From the NCBI GenBank assembly GCA_018654745.1, contig JABILA010000094.1:19237-83236 (forward strand): a stretch of 64,000 bases of DNA, read 5' to 3'. Every line of letters begins with the position of its first letter. Positions within the stretch are counted from its first letter, which is position 1. The position numbers were made by a program, and so were the translations under genes. The notes under the pieces are model-generated. The model was not told where the DNA came from and did no database searches. It saw nothing but the letters and a program-made list of their open reading frames with translations. Below are positions 27,844-38,095 of the stretch, piece after piece. Origin of the DNA: Alphaproteobacteria bacterium (GTDB taxonomy: Bacteria > Pseudomonadota > Alphaproteobacteria > UBA2966).

Positions 27844-28658
27844 TCTTCAAACCCGGACGGCAATTTGTAGTCCAATCCAAACCGACTGGCTGCTCTCAGG
27901 GTAATCGGTTCAAAGAACTCCCCTGGCAGTTTGTCGGCATAAGGTGAAAACATGCTTTTGAATCTGCAATTCATTGACCATCGTGTCTCTGGTTCCAGAT
28001 TGATACGGTTTCCATGCATCAAAGTCTGGGAAAAAACCATTGCTTTGCCGAAAGGCAAATCAGGCCAGTGTACATCTGCTTCAATAGCGCTGAAAATATC
28101 TTCCGTTGTCCCGTCAGCAAAATCGCTGAGTTTCGCAGCGTGCGTGGCATCCGGCGTAGGTGGCAGGATATACATTCCCTTGGTTTTGAAACAATCAACG
28201 AGTGGCACCCAGACAACAACTTCATAGGCAGAGTCGCCGTCCCAGACATCAGCGTGAACAGGTAGCAAAGAGCTGTCATCATTGGGCAACTGAATACTGA
28301 GATTAATTCGGCGCTGCATGACGAGTTCGTTGCCGACGATCTGATCCAGAACAGACCGGACCAATGAAAAATAGGTTGCCCGAAGCCAGTGCAGCTGGTT
28401 TATGCCGTTTATAACAGCAAGGCGCATATCGTTCAGTCTGGAAACGTCGACATGCCGATGCATATCGTCCAGAAAGCCCTGCTTGTCTTCCGGAAGTTCG
28501 ATGTTCAGAAAGTCCGCGGCAATTTCGGCCACATTGTCGCGAATACGGTCCAGTCCAGCTTTGTCTTCGACGGGCACAACCAAATATCCGTCAGACAAGA
28601 ACTTTTGGTTCAATGCCTCTTCGTCCATCGTCAACATATTCGTCACAGGTGTGTCCAT
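27840..28658 (-). CDS. Sporadic carbohydrate cluster 2OG-Fe(II) oxygenase
   Basis: NLSIQLPNDDSSLLPVHADVW (HxD), LMHGN (distal His) and TRWSMNCRFK. Confidence 0.85.
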   Translation of the reverse strand: MDTPVTNMLTMDEEALNQKFLSDGYLVVPVEDKAGLDRIRDNVAEIAADFLNIELPEDKQGFLDDMHRHVDVSRLNDMRLAVINGINQLHWLRATYFSLVRSVLDQIVGNELVMQRRINLSIQLPNDDSSLLPVHADVWDGDSAYEVVVWVPLVDCFKTKGMYILPPTPDATHAAKLSDFADGTTEDIFSAIEADVHWPDLPFGKAMVFSQTLMHGNRINLEPETRWSMNCRFKSMFSPYADKLPGEFFEPITLRAASRFGLDYKLPSGFEE

Positions 28659-28931
28659 GGATTATCGCGTGGCCCCAATTGAGGATTCGTTATTCAAAAC
28701 ACAATTAACGCGGTATCCTGCCACGACAGGGTAAAGAAAATATTTAGATTCCGCGTACGCCCATATGAATCAATATCATCGGCAGTAGCTGGCAAATATT
28801 TATTAACACTATTGCTTTATGTTGCAGCAAATCGGAATTGCCAGATTTGAACCACCGTTCGCTCACAATTTCGATGCTGGCAGAATGACAGCCCGACAAT
28901 CCGCCACAGAAACAACTGACGAGACAGAACA

Positions 28932-30962
28932 ATGACGAAACCACATGTCATCCTCGCCGACCTGACCCATACCGCTCAGGGAATCTCGGCGCTCTATTTT
29001 CCGCTCGGAGCGGGTTTTGTCGCGAGCTACGCGCAACAGGAACTGGGTGACAGTTTTACGTTTGACTTGTTCAAGTTTCCGGAAGACACGGCAGCTGCAA
29101 TTATTGAAAAGAAACCCGCTGTCATCGCTTTCTCAACTTACGCCTGGAACTTCCGCCTTGCGCTGAAAATGGCGACATGGGCCAAAACCATTTTGCCCGA
29201 TGTCGTTGTCATTTTCGGTGGGCCTAACTTCCCTGTCGTTGAAGACGAAAAGAAAGCTTTCATGTCGGAGCACCCGATCGTCGACTTCTACATTCAGAAC
29301 GAAGGCGAGATCGGATTTGTCAAAGTGTTGCAGGCATTGAAAGATCATGACTTTGATCTTGATAATGTGCGCGGAACTCAAACGCGGATTACCAACTGCT
29401 GCTATCTTTCCGATGGGGAACTGATTGCCGGCGACGTTGAGCGCATCCTGGATGTGAACGATATACCTTCGCCTTATCTGACAGGTATGTTTGACAAATT
29501 CTTTGATGCCCCTCTTGTACCCATGCTTGAAACAACCCGAGGCTGCCCTTTCTCCTGTGCCTTTTGCGCCGATGGACTGAAGTCCAAGAATCGTGTTGTT
29601 CGCTTTGAGACAGACCGGGTTCGTAAAGAACTGAATTACATCCAAGCCAGAATTCAAAATGTTGATGAACTTGTAATCACAGATTTGAACTTTGGTATGT
29701 ACAAGCAGGACCGCAAGACAGCGGAGTATCTGGCAGACCTTCAGGCAGACAAAAAGTGGCCCCGGATTGTCAAAGCCTCGGCAGGCAAAAACCAGCCAGA
29801 ACGCATCATCGAAACGGCATCCCTGCTCAAAGGGTCGTGGATGATAGGCTCCGCCGTGCAATCAACAGATGATGAAGTTCTTGAAAACATTAACCGCAGC
29901 AACATCGCCACAGATGCCTTCCGCCAATTCATAGATTTCGCCAACAGCCAGAGTGACGGCTCCCTATCCTATTCAGAAATCATTTTGGCTCTGCCAGGCG
30001 ACACAAGGGAGAAACATCTAAACTCCCTTCGTTCCGGAATCGAAAACAACGTCAACACTCTGCGCATGTATCAAGCCATGATGTTGATGGGCACCAGCAT
30101 GGCGTCACAACACACGCGAGTAAAATTCAAACTTGGCACCAGATTCAGGGTTCTGCCAGGTGGCATTGGTGTCTACAAGTTCGGTGACGCTGAGATCCCG
30201 GTGGTTGAAACAGAGGAAATCATCGTAAGCAGCAAGGACATGCCATTTGAAGATTATGTCTCATGCCGGGTTATGAATCTGTTGGTCGAAACCTATATCA
30301 ACAACGATCTTTTTGAAGAGGTATTTGCCTCTCTGGAAGCTATGGGCATCAAAACGTTTGATGTCCTGGAGCGCCTGCACAGCGACATGGGGAATTTCCC
30401 ACCACGGGTATCGCGGATCATAGAAAGCTTTGTTCGCGAAACTGTTGAAGATCTTTACGATACGCAACAACAGGCGGAATCTTTCGCAACACGTCCGGAA
30501 AACATGGCCAAATTCATGTCGGGTGATCTGGGTGGGAACGAGCTTCTTGAGCACCGCGCCCAGCTGTACCTGGAACTGGACGAAGTAGCGAACATCCTGT
30601 GTCGTACAATTCATACCATCCTTGCGGAATCCAATTTGTGGCAGGAAGAAACAGCACGTTACTTTGAGCAACTCACAGCCTTTGTTATTCATCGAAAGCA
30701 ACATCTGCACAAAGACCAGGCAACAAGCGAAAAGAGCTTTGATTTTGACTTCAAGGCGTTGAGTTCCAACCGCTTCAACGTCGACCCGAGGGAAATCAGC
30801 TCAAAGGATACCAGTGTCAAAATCCAGTTCTACCACACGATGGATCAAAAGGATTATATCCAGAACACCATGAACCTGTACCAAAACCACCCCGGTGGAA
30901 TCGGTCGCATGATCCAGCGTAGTAACCTGAAAATGATGTATCGGAACTTCGACTACGCCTGA
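28932..30962 (+). CDS. Cobalamin-binding radical SAM protein
   Basis: N-terminal B12-domain pattern (PLGAGFVASY, FSTYAWN, FGGPN, EGE) and ETTRGCPFSCAFC. Confidence 0.88.
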   Translation: MTKPHVILADLTHTAQGISALYFPLGAGFVASYAQQELGDSFTFDLFKFPEDTAAAIIEKKPAVIAFSTYAWNFRLALKMATWAKTILPDVVVIFGGPNFPVVEDEKKAFMSEHPIVDFYIQNEGEIGFVKVLQALKDHDFDLDNVRGTQTRITNCCYLSDGELIAGDVERILDVNDIPSPYLTGMFDKFFDAPLVPMLETTRGCPFSCAFCADGLKSKNRVVRFETDRVRKELNYIQARIQNVDELVITDLNFGMYKQDRKTAEYLADLQADKKWPRIVKASAGKNQPERIIETASLLKGSWMIGSAVQSTDDEVLENINRSNIATDAFRQFIDFANSQSDGSLSYSEIILALPGDTREKHLNSLRSGIENNVNTLRMYQAMMLMGTSMASQHTRVKFKLGTRFRVLPGGIGVYKFGDAEIPVVETEEIIVSSKDMPFEDYVSCRVMNLLVETYINNDLFEEVFASLEAMGIKTFDVLERLHSDMGNFPPRVSRIIESFVRETVEDLYDTQQQAESFATRPENMAKFMSGDLGGNELLEHRAQLYLELDEVANILCRTIHTILAESNLWQEETARYFEQLTAFVIHRKQHLHKDQATSEKSFDFDFKALSSNRFNVDPREISSKDTSVKIQFYHTMDQKDYIQNTMNLYQNHPGGIGRMIQRSNLKMMYRNFDYA

Positions 30963-32059
30963 TCGATGGCAGCGCGCTGATAGGCCAATATTTGTTCGCA
31001 ACTTACATCATGCATATCCTGCCCACGATAACAGGCGTCGTACCAATTGCAGGTCTGGTCGAGGGCCTCTTCTAGCGACAGTACAGGGTGCCAACCCAAT
31101 CTCGACCGGGCCTTGGCACTATTAAGTTTCAATAGATGGGTCTCATGGGGAGCATCGACGCTGTTCCTGGTCGGAAGTTCGATGGTTAATCCCAATTGGT
31201 TCGCCATTATTTCAACCACTTTTCGAACGGGCTGACACGAATTATCGTCAGGACCAAAATTCCAGGCTTCATCAACACCAGTTTTGTTTTCGAATAACTT
31301 TTGCGCCAATATCATGTATCCAGCGACAGGTTCGAGAACATGTTGCCAGGGCCGGACAGCGTCCGGATATCTGATAGAAAATTTTTCACCAGAGTATTTC
31401 GCTCTGATCATGTCTGGAACCAGCCTGTCGACAGCCCAGTCGCCACCACCAATAACATTTCCCGCACGCGCAGTTGCCACCCTGGGACTTTCAAGCTGAT
31501 CACCCTCCGGGCTCATAAACCAGGATTTCCGCCAGGATGCAGTGAGAATCTCAACGCACGCCTTGCTGGCGCTGTAAGGATCGTGACCCCCCAAAATGTC
31601 TGATTCAACGACGCCCCCTGCTCGACTGCTTTCTTCGTAACATTTATCAGAGGTAACAATAACCACTGATTTTACACACCCCACCTGGCGTACGACTTCC
31701 AGAAGATTGACGGTCCCCATAACGTTCGTTTGAAAAGTCAGCATTGGATCATCATAAGATTTGCGCACCAGAGCTTGCGCAGCCATATGGAAAATGACTT
31801 CGGGCTGTGCTTTTGTAACTAAATTGCGTAGAGCATCGACGTCTGAAATATTGGCAATGACGCTTGAATCAATCTTGTCCGACAGGGAAACCTTGTCATG
31901 GAGGTTTTCCTCTCCTTCAGGTGCCAAGGCAAATCCGGCGACTTTGGCACCATTCATTGTCAGCCAAATCGACAACCATACGCCTTTGAAGCCAGTGTGT
32001 CCCGTAACGAGAACAGAACGCCCTTTCCAGAAATCGGGATCTAGTTCCATATCTTCCAT
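30953..32059 (-). CDS. rfbG: CDP-glucose 4,6-dehydratase
   Basis: FWKGRSVLVTGHTGFKG, HMAAQALVRKSY, TSDKCYE, DPYSASK, ARAGNVIGGGDW and RPWQHVLEP; start overlaps the rfbF end. Confidence 0.95.
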   Translation of the reverse strand: MEDMELDPDFWKGRSVLVTGHTGFKGVWLSIWLTMNGAKVAGFALAPEGEENLHDKVSLSDKIDSSVIANISDVDALRNLVTKAQPEVIFHMAAQALVRKSYDDPMLTFQTNVMGTVNLLEVVRQVGCVKSVVIVTSDKCYEESSRAGGVVESDILGGHDPYSASKACVEILTASWRKSWFMSPEGDQLESPRVATARAGNVIGGGDWAVDRLVPDMIRAKYSGEKFSIRYPDAVRPWQHVLEPVAGYMILAQKLFENKTGVDEAWNFGPDDNSCQPVRKVVEIMANQLGLTIELPTRNSVDAPHETHLLKLNSAKARSRLGWHPVLSLEEALDQTCNWYDACYRGQDMHDVSCEQILAYQRAAIDQA

Positions 32060-32808
32060 GGGGCATCCCCTGACCACAATTCTTCCAGATGCCGGTGATC
32101 TCGCTGAGTGTCCATACAAGCCCAAAATCCTTGATGCTCGTATGCATGCAGCTTTCCGCTTTCTGCCAGTTGACGAAGCGGCCCAGCCTCCCATGCAACG
32201 TCTTCATCCTTGATCAAGTCAATGACGGATGGATTTAGAATGAAATAGCCGCCGTTCACCCACCCACCAATTGAGTCTGGTTTTTCGTCAAAACTTGTTG
32301 CACGTCCGCCTGATACCTGAATGTGCCCAAATCGCCCATGTGGGTGAACAGCCGTCATGGTCGCCTCACCACCCTTTTCTCGATGAAAACTGACTAAACG
32401 ATCGACATTTACGTCCGACACCGAGTCTCCATAAGTAAACAAAAAGTCCTCATCTCCCAGCAGATGTCTGACCCGGCGCAGGCGCCCCCCGGTCATTGAG
32501 GCAGCACCGGTATCAATAAGCGATACCACCCAGTCTTCAGTATCTTGTTGATGAAAAGTAGAGCTGTTGTTCCCAAGATCCACAGTAACATCAGATTTGT
32601 GGCTCAAGTAATTGAGGAAATATTCCTTCAGGGAATATCCTTTGTAGCCAAGGCAAATGATGAATTCCTTGATCCCGTAGTGGGCAAGTCCTTTCATGAT
32701 ATGCCAGATTATTGGCTGTCCGCCAATTTCAATCATGGGCTTGGGTCGATGGAGGGTTTCCTCACTGAATCTTGTGCCAAATCCACCAGCTAATATTACT
32801 GCTTTCAT
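32041..32808 (-). CDS. rfbF: Glucose-1-phosphate cytidylyltransferase
   Basis: MKAVILAGGFGTRFSEET, PKPMIEIG, TGGRL, GFWACMDT and APWKIW; GAGG RBS before ATG 32808. Confidence 0.95.
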   Translation of the reverse strand: MKAVILAGGFGTRFSEETLHRPKPMIEIGGQPIIWHIMKGLAHYGIKEFIICLGYKGYSLKEYFLNYLSHKSDVTVDLGNNSSTFHQQDTEDWVVSLIDTGAASMTGGRLRRVRHLLGDEDFLFTYGDSVSDVNVDRLVSFHREKGGEATMTAVHPHGRFGHIQVSGGRATSFDEKPDSIGGWVNGGYFILNPSVIDLIKDEDVAWEAGPLRQLAESGKLHAYEHQGFWACMDTQRDHRHLEELWSGDAPWKIWN

Positions 32809-33372
32809 TCTTCCTCTTTCCTCAATCTGGTGTGGTTCCAGGTTCGCAGTTTGCATGAAAGTGAGTCTCAAAGGAGGTGTACAAACTACTTTCGTTCCTT
32901 TTCGCAGCTAAACGCATTCTCACTGATCGGAGCAGTTTTACAGTCGCGCGGGGTTCAGATAGAGATCTCACAATTAATATTCTGTCGCGCTGGTGTGACT
33001 ACCTCTATTGTTCATTAACCTGCTCCCGAAATCTTTATCAGATACACGTTAACAAGTTCTGTTATTGCCACAAAAGTAAAATTGTACAGATAGCTCAGTA
33101 CTTGAGGCAAAGGCGTATGCTTTTCTGGTTTTGGCCAAACAGCACTTCAATTGAAGCATCAGATTTAAAATCAATATTATTCAACATTTTTTGGTGTTTT
33201 GGCCGGGTCGGAAACCATCAGGTATGAATTTATGAACAAGTAGATTACATTGTGAATTATCAATCGTTTACAGTTGATCTCAATATCATGACAGATTACT
33301 GGAAATAGATTGCAAGTACGTTATCTCCATTCTCAATCACAGAGACACGAATACTTTATGTGCAAATAAAAA

Positions 33373-34581
33373 ATGACCGATAATAAAACAAAAGTCTTGA
33401 TACTGCATGCTGGGTTTTCCACAGACATCAGTGTGACTGACATGCTCAGGTTGGCATGCTCCAGGAACGGTCTTGACCTCATTGATGTATCAATAGACGC
33501 AGAAGATCTTCAAAATAATGATTTTGAATTGGAAATTATCGACAAATTGGATGGCGAAATTGACAAGCTGCTTTGCGTCGTTTCTCTTAACGTTGCAGCG
33601 CTATATCTTTTTAGAACACCCGGGGAGTGTATTCACGATAACCTGAATGTTCCTCTTGTACTTTTCCTCATCGACCATCCATCAGTTTTTCTTGAACTTA
33701 TCCCGGCAAATCTAAGCAACACTCTAGTGCTTCTTATTGATGACAGTTTCGAAAGATTTTGGCATAAGCATTATTCGGGTATGACCCTCTCTTATGTTTG
33801 CAACGTCATGCCTTATTCAAAATACGAAATACCTGCCCCGCCGAGTTTCGAAGTATATCGCAAACGGTCCGGAAAAATATTGGCTCCCATGCAATTGAGC
33901 ATCCATAACTATGATGCGCTGGGTTGGTGGCACAACATTGATCAATTAAAAGAACCATTGAGAGGCATCACCAAAGAGGCAGTGACTGCAATGATAGGCG
34001 ATGCAACTCTGGAATTTGACGTCTTTGTTGACGGAGAAATAGAAAAGCATGGTGTTGAACTGGAAAGTGAAGACAGAATAACGATATCACAATATGTCGA
34101 TTGTTTTGCTCGTTTGTGGCGTCGACAAGTTGTTATCTCCAGTCTATTGGAATTTCCAATTGTTGTATCGTCCGGTACTATTCCAGATACCATCGACAGT
34201 AAATATCACGACAAGTTTATTGATACTTCCGGTGACGAAACGATGAAATTATTTGCCGAACACCAGATGATTCTAAATGTGTCTCCAGCCATTTCCAGTA
34301 TTATTCACGATCGTGTCATTAATTGTATAAATACGGCTTCAACTCTAATCAGTGAAAGCAACCGTTCTATTATCCAGTTTCTTGAACCAGGCAGGGATTT
34401 TGTCGATATTCCGTTTGAACCGGAAAAGATAAGGGAAAAGGTTGGAAATATTCTCGAAGATCCGCGCAAGGCTTATGATATAGCAGTCTCCGGCTATGAA
34501 ACCTGGCACAACAACGACGAAATTCATAAGCCGTGGAGAGAAATATTCGAGATGGTCAGAATGATGTCACGCAACATGTAG
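33373..34581 (+). CDS. Hypothetical protein, possibly CgeB/DUF3880-like glycosyltransferase fold
   Basis: 402-aa ORF in AT-rich sequence; LIDHP motif and C-terminal ILNVSP...IHDRV resemble Glyco_trans_1_2-type proteins. Confidence 0.5.
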   Translation: MTDNKTKVLILHAGFSTDISVTDMLRLACSRNGLDLIDVSIDAEDLQNNDFELEIIDKLDGEIDKLLCVVSLNVAALYLFRTPGECIHDNLNVPLVLFLIDHPSVFLELIPANLSNTLVLLIDDSFERFWHKHYSGMTLSYVCNVMPYSKYEIPAPPSFEVYRKRSGKILAPMQLSIHNYDALGWWHNIDQLKEPLRGITKEAVTAMIGDATLEFDVFVDGEIEKHGVELESEDRITISQYVDCFARLWRRQVVISSLLEFPIVVSSGTIPDTIDSKYHDKFIDTSGDETMKLFAEHQMILNVSPAISSIIHDRVINCINTASTLISESNRSIIQFLEPGRDFVDIPFEPEKIREKVGNILEDPRKAYDIAVSGYETWHNNDEIHKPWREIFEMVRMMSRNM

Positions 34582-34689
34582 CTCACCGGACGGCAGAAAT
34601 ATCTGTGGAACGATGATTCAACCAACAACCATATTGTTTGGATAGACCGGGAAGCCAACCTTCAATAGATTTCAGGTACACCACTTTTG

Positions 34690-36312
34690 TTAAATCTGGC
34701 TGTTTGCCTGTGGATAGTTGAGACCAAACATTTCCACCTGGGCCATCCAGTCAGGATCCTTTGACACCAGTTCGTCAAACCGTCGGCTGCTTTCATCGAC
34801 GATCTGGGGGTGTTTTTCCATCATCTTGTTAGCCTGGGCCAGATAGTAGTGTGCGAACGGGTGATCGGGGTGTCGGTCTACAACCTCCTGAAAACATTGG
34901 GCAGCTGTTTCGTAGTCACCAATTTTCATTCGATGGTTCTCAACAAAATTTACTTCCAGGTTCATCTTGTAAATTTGTCTCGTGATATGGTCGGGATCGA
35001 TTCCCGGAGCACGAATAACATATTCCGTCATGTCGACATCTCCGATGCCGAGGTTTTCTTCATCAATCCAACCATTTTCACGACAAATGCGATGCAACTC
35101 GCTCCCGCGCAATGGTGTGGCAAAATTAAAAAGGCTCCAGTCAAGACCGAGGGTTTTGATGATTTTCAGAGACTCCTGGCGATCCTCTTCCCGTTCGCCG
35201 GGGAAACCGATAATGAAAAATGCCTGAACAAAAATATCATTTTGTTGAAGGGCTTCAATTGTAGGTCTGATCTTGCTTACGATGAGGGGTTTCTTGATAA
35301 TTTCACGCAACACATAGTCTGAACCGGATTCAATCGCCAGGTAGATTGTGTCGACACCCGCCTCTTTCATAAGACGCGCCATTTCACTATCAATGTAGAC
35401 GACCGTCACACCATTTGGCATTTCAATTCGCAGGTTAAAACGAGCCAACCGCCGAAAGAGTTCTTTGGCACGCTCCTGATTCAGCAACAGTTGATCATCA
35501 TAAAACGTCAGAACATTCATGCCATATTCGTCCACCAGAAATTCGACATGATCAATGATCGAATCAATACTGGCATATCGCATGGCGCTTCCATGAAATG
35601 CGGGTTCGGCACAAAAAACGCATTTGAACGGGCAACCTCGGGAAGTCACCAAAAAGAATTGTTTGATGCTCTCAACTTCCTTGTATGAAGAATAAGGTGA
35701 GAAAGCTTCTTTCATGCTATAGGCTGCGATGTTCACTAGCCTGTAATCAATCGCAATTACATCATCAAGGCTATCGACATATTGAGTCGTCGGGTTTTTC
35801 CCTTCCTTCAATGAGGCCCTGGTCACCCAGGGTGCATGTTCCAATGCTTCGCGGGTGTCCTCAGCGTCTGCCAACCTACATAGCGCCAACTCACCTTCGG
35901 AATAACAAACCGCATCGATGTATTGCTGTTCTTCAAGAATTTCAGAACAAGAAACAGTTGCCGCCGGACCTCCGACAACGATTGTAGTCTCGCTGTCATT
36001 TCCCTTGATCTGTTTCGTGATCGCTTTCATGTGCTTGTAGGAAACGTCAAAGGTGAATGATAGGCCTACTATATCCGGTTTTGAAGCGAGATGCTGATCC
36101 AGAACATTCGGGATTTCATCATGAGCATACAAATTCAGATCGAGAATACATAAATCTGGCGTATTGACAGCCTGTGCCTTTACGTAGCTTGCAACTGTGA
36201 GCAAGCCATAGGGAAACGCAAGGTAGCTTCTAACCCCTTTGCTGATCACGGCCTTGGTCGGGGCAACCATATAAGGAAGCACAATGAGCAGAATGCATTT
36301 TGATTTTTTCAT
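34690..36312 (-). CDS. Cobalamin-binding radical SAM protein (putative class B methylase) with a C-terminal TPR-like helix pair
   Basis: PYGLLTVASY, VVGGPAAT, SEGE, TSRGCPFKCVFC, AIESGS and FIIGFPGE. Confidence 0.9.
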   Translation of the reverse strand: MKKSKCILLIVLPYMVAPTKAVISKGVRSYLAFPYGLLTVASYVKAQAVNTPDLCILDLNLYAHDEIPNVLDQHLASKPDIVGLSFTFDVSYKHMKAITKQIKGNDSETTIVVGGPAATVSCSEILEEQQYIDAVCYSEGELALCRLADAEDTREALEHAPWVTRASLKEGKNPTTQYVDSLDDVIAIDYRLVNIAAYSMKEAFSPYSSYKEVESIKQFFLVTSRGCPFKCVFCAEPAFHGSAMRYASIDSIIDHVEFLVDEYGMNVLTFYDDQLLLNQERAKELFRRLARFNLRIEMPNGVTVVYIDSEMARLMKEAGVDTIYLAIESGSDYVLREIIKKPLIVSKIRPTIEALQQNDIFVQAFFIIGFPGEREEDRQESLKIIKTLGLDWSLFNFATPLRGSELHRICRENGWIDEENLGIGDVDMTEYVIRAPGIDPDHITRQIYKMNLEVNFVENHRMKIGDYETAAQCFQEVVDRHPDHPFAHYYLAQANKMMEKHPQIVDESSRRFDELVSKDPDWMAQVEMFGLNYPQANSQI

Positions 36313-36339
36313 AGTTACTCCAAGTTTTTTGACCTGAGA

Positions 36340-37143
36340 TCATACCCTGCGCAAAAAACCATCAGAGGAAGCCGACACTGCGAGCTTGTATTCAAGTATC
36401 TTATCCACTTCAAATTTCAAGGAATTTCCATCCTTGGCGACGACATCGTCGTCTTGCAATGATTTCAAATATTGCTGAAGTGCTGTTTTTGGATTGTTTC
36501 CCTTCCCCCAGGGACGGTCAAACACCTTCTCCGAAGGCAGGTCCTCAATGCCACTGTCCCAGACAACACAATAGCTGCCGGGTGTGACCAAAGGGGCATA
36601 TGCCTCTAGCTCTTTGAGCACATGCTCATGCGTATGGTTTGAATCCAGCATCACAAGGACATTCGAATAACGCTTGGCTACTTCGTGGACACGTTCGATT
36701 ATATCCACATCTACTGATGAACCCTCTATCATCTCCACCAGATGGGAAATCGGATGGCTCTCTATTGCTTTTCGATTGTGAGTGCGAATATCGACATCAA
36801 TACCCAGGACCTTGCGGCGCGAAGCTTGCGGAGTAAGAGCAGTTCCCGCCTCGGCCGCCTCGCAATAATCAAGATGTGCAAGTAACGACGCGGAAAGGAT
36901 CAGAGAACCGCCGTGGGCAATGCCTGTTTCGATAACAAGATCAGGTTTAGTATTCCAAATAATCTCCTGAACGGCGTAGATATCTTGAGGAACCTGAATA
37001 ATGGGCCTGCCCATCCACGAAAAATTATAGCCATATTGCAATCTCACCGCATGGCGAAGCCATTCCTGTGACGCAGCTCGAAATTCAGTATCAGTTCCAA
37101 TTCTCTCGACATTGGTTGCTACAAAACTGTCATGCTCATTCAT
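36340..37143 (-). CDS. CmcI/cephalosporin hydroxylase-family protein (probable sugar O-methyltransferase)
   Basis: YNFSWMGRPIIQVPQD, KPDLVIETGIAHGGS, LDSNHTHEHVLKEL and WGKGNNPKTA. Confidence 0.9.
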   Translation of the reverse strand: MNEHDSFVATNVERIGTDTEFRAASQEWLRHAVRLQYGYNFSWMGRPIIQVPQDIYAVQEIIWNTKPDLVIETGIAHGGSLILSASLLAHLDYCEAAEAGTALTPQASRRKVLGIDVDIRTHNRKAIESHPISHLVEMIEGSSVDVDIIERVHEVAKRYSNVLVMLDSNHTHEHVLKELEAYAPLVTPGSYCVVWDSGIEDLPSEKVFDRPWGKGNNPKTALQQYLKSLQDDDVVAKDGNSLKFEVDKILEYKLAVSASSDGFLRRV

Positions 37144-37245
37144 TGAAAAAGTGTCCTAAATTGCAAATATTGGCGTGGTCGAGACGAACATTAATAATCA
37201 CGCACCAAGCGTTTTCCTGTGCCAGCTCACTTGGTCAGTCCACTG

Positions 37246-38058
37246 TTAAAGCTTTCCCCAAAATTCCATTGGCTCGTACGTCGGGTAGGGATAGTGGCCT
37301 AAATTTAACTCTATCTTCCAACCCTCTTCAGAAATTTTGTTTTCCACAAGCTTACGAATCGAAATCGGCTTTCCCGAACATATATTCCGAACCTCGGTTC
37401 TGCCGGTTTCCAATGCCATGGAAACCAATCCGGCAGTCGCCTCCTCCACTGGCAGGTAATCCCTGAGTTGTTCTCCGCCAGACATATTGAAAACCTCGTC
37501 GCCATTTTTCACTGCTGCTTCCAATGTTGGCAGAATGGCATTCTTTCCCTGCCCGAAACCACAAAGGTAAAACAGCCGCGCCCAACGCAATGAAAAATTG
37601 AATTCGCTTTGAAGTTTATTAAGCTGGAGATGGAGTGACGCCTTGGCCTCGCCATATGCGGTAACAGGTTGAGCAATTAAATTTGGCGAGAGTTCGCCAG
37701 ATTGCATGCCATATTCGAAGCAGGTTCCACTGACGGTTACGTTTTCAAGGCCCGACGAGACAGCAGATTCAATGAATCGAAAGTGAGCGGGTAGTTCCTT
37801 TTCCAAATGACACGACGAGTGATAATTCGGCAACCCTCCCCACGCCAAATGAATCAGGACATCGGGTTCATGCATCAGAGAATAGATATTATCTGGAGGG
37901 GACTGAATATCGATAGGTACGACTAGATGGTGCGAGAGCGAAGTCGGCACCTCAGTCGTTGGTCGCATTACAAGGATTGGTGAAATGTTCAAACGCTCAA
38001 GTTCCTTGACCACATATCTGCCCAGAAATCCATTAGCACCAGTCACCGCAACTTTCAT
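37246..38058 (-). CDS. NAD-dependent sugar epimerase/reductase
   Basis: MKVAVTGANGFLG, IHLAW, GTCFEYG, YGEAK and GEQLRDY; start trimmed to ATG 38058. Confidence 0.88.
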   Translation of the reverse strand: MKVAVTGANGFLGRYVVKELERLNISPILVMRPTTEVPTSLSHHLVVPIDIQSPPDNIYSLMHEPDVLIHLAWGGLPNYHSSCHLEKELPAHFRFIESAVSSGLENVTVSGTCFEYGMQSGELSPNLIAQPVTAYGEAKASLHLQLNKLQSEFNFSLRWARLFYLCGFGQGKNAILPTLEAAVKNGDEVFNMSGGEQLRDYLPVEEATAGLVSMALETGRTEVRNICSGKPISIRKLVENKISEEGWKIELNLGHYPYPTYEPMEFWGKL

Positions 38059-38095
38059 TTCCCGTTGCCCCACACGACGATGCCCAAAATACACA

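Noticed and set aside
29133-29861. Long antisense ORFs (also 41508-42260, 47066-47647, 60089-60682 and repeats opposite the flagellins)
   Set aside because: Shadow frames of well-supported genes with no recognisable motifs; their recurrence mirrors the duplicated sense genes.
32877-33227. 116-aa ORF in the AT-rich spacer
   Set aside because: No motif or clear ribosome-binding site; it lies in a divergent promoter region.
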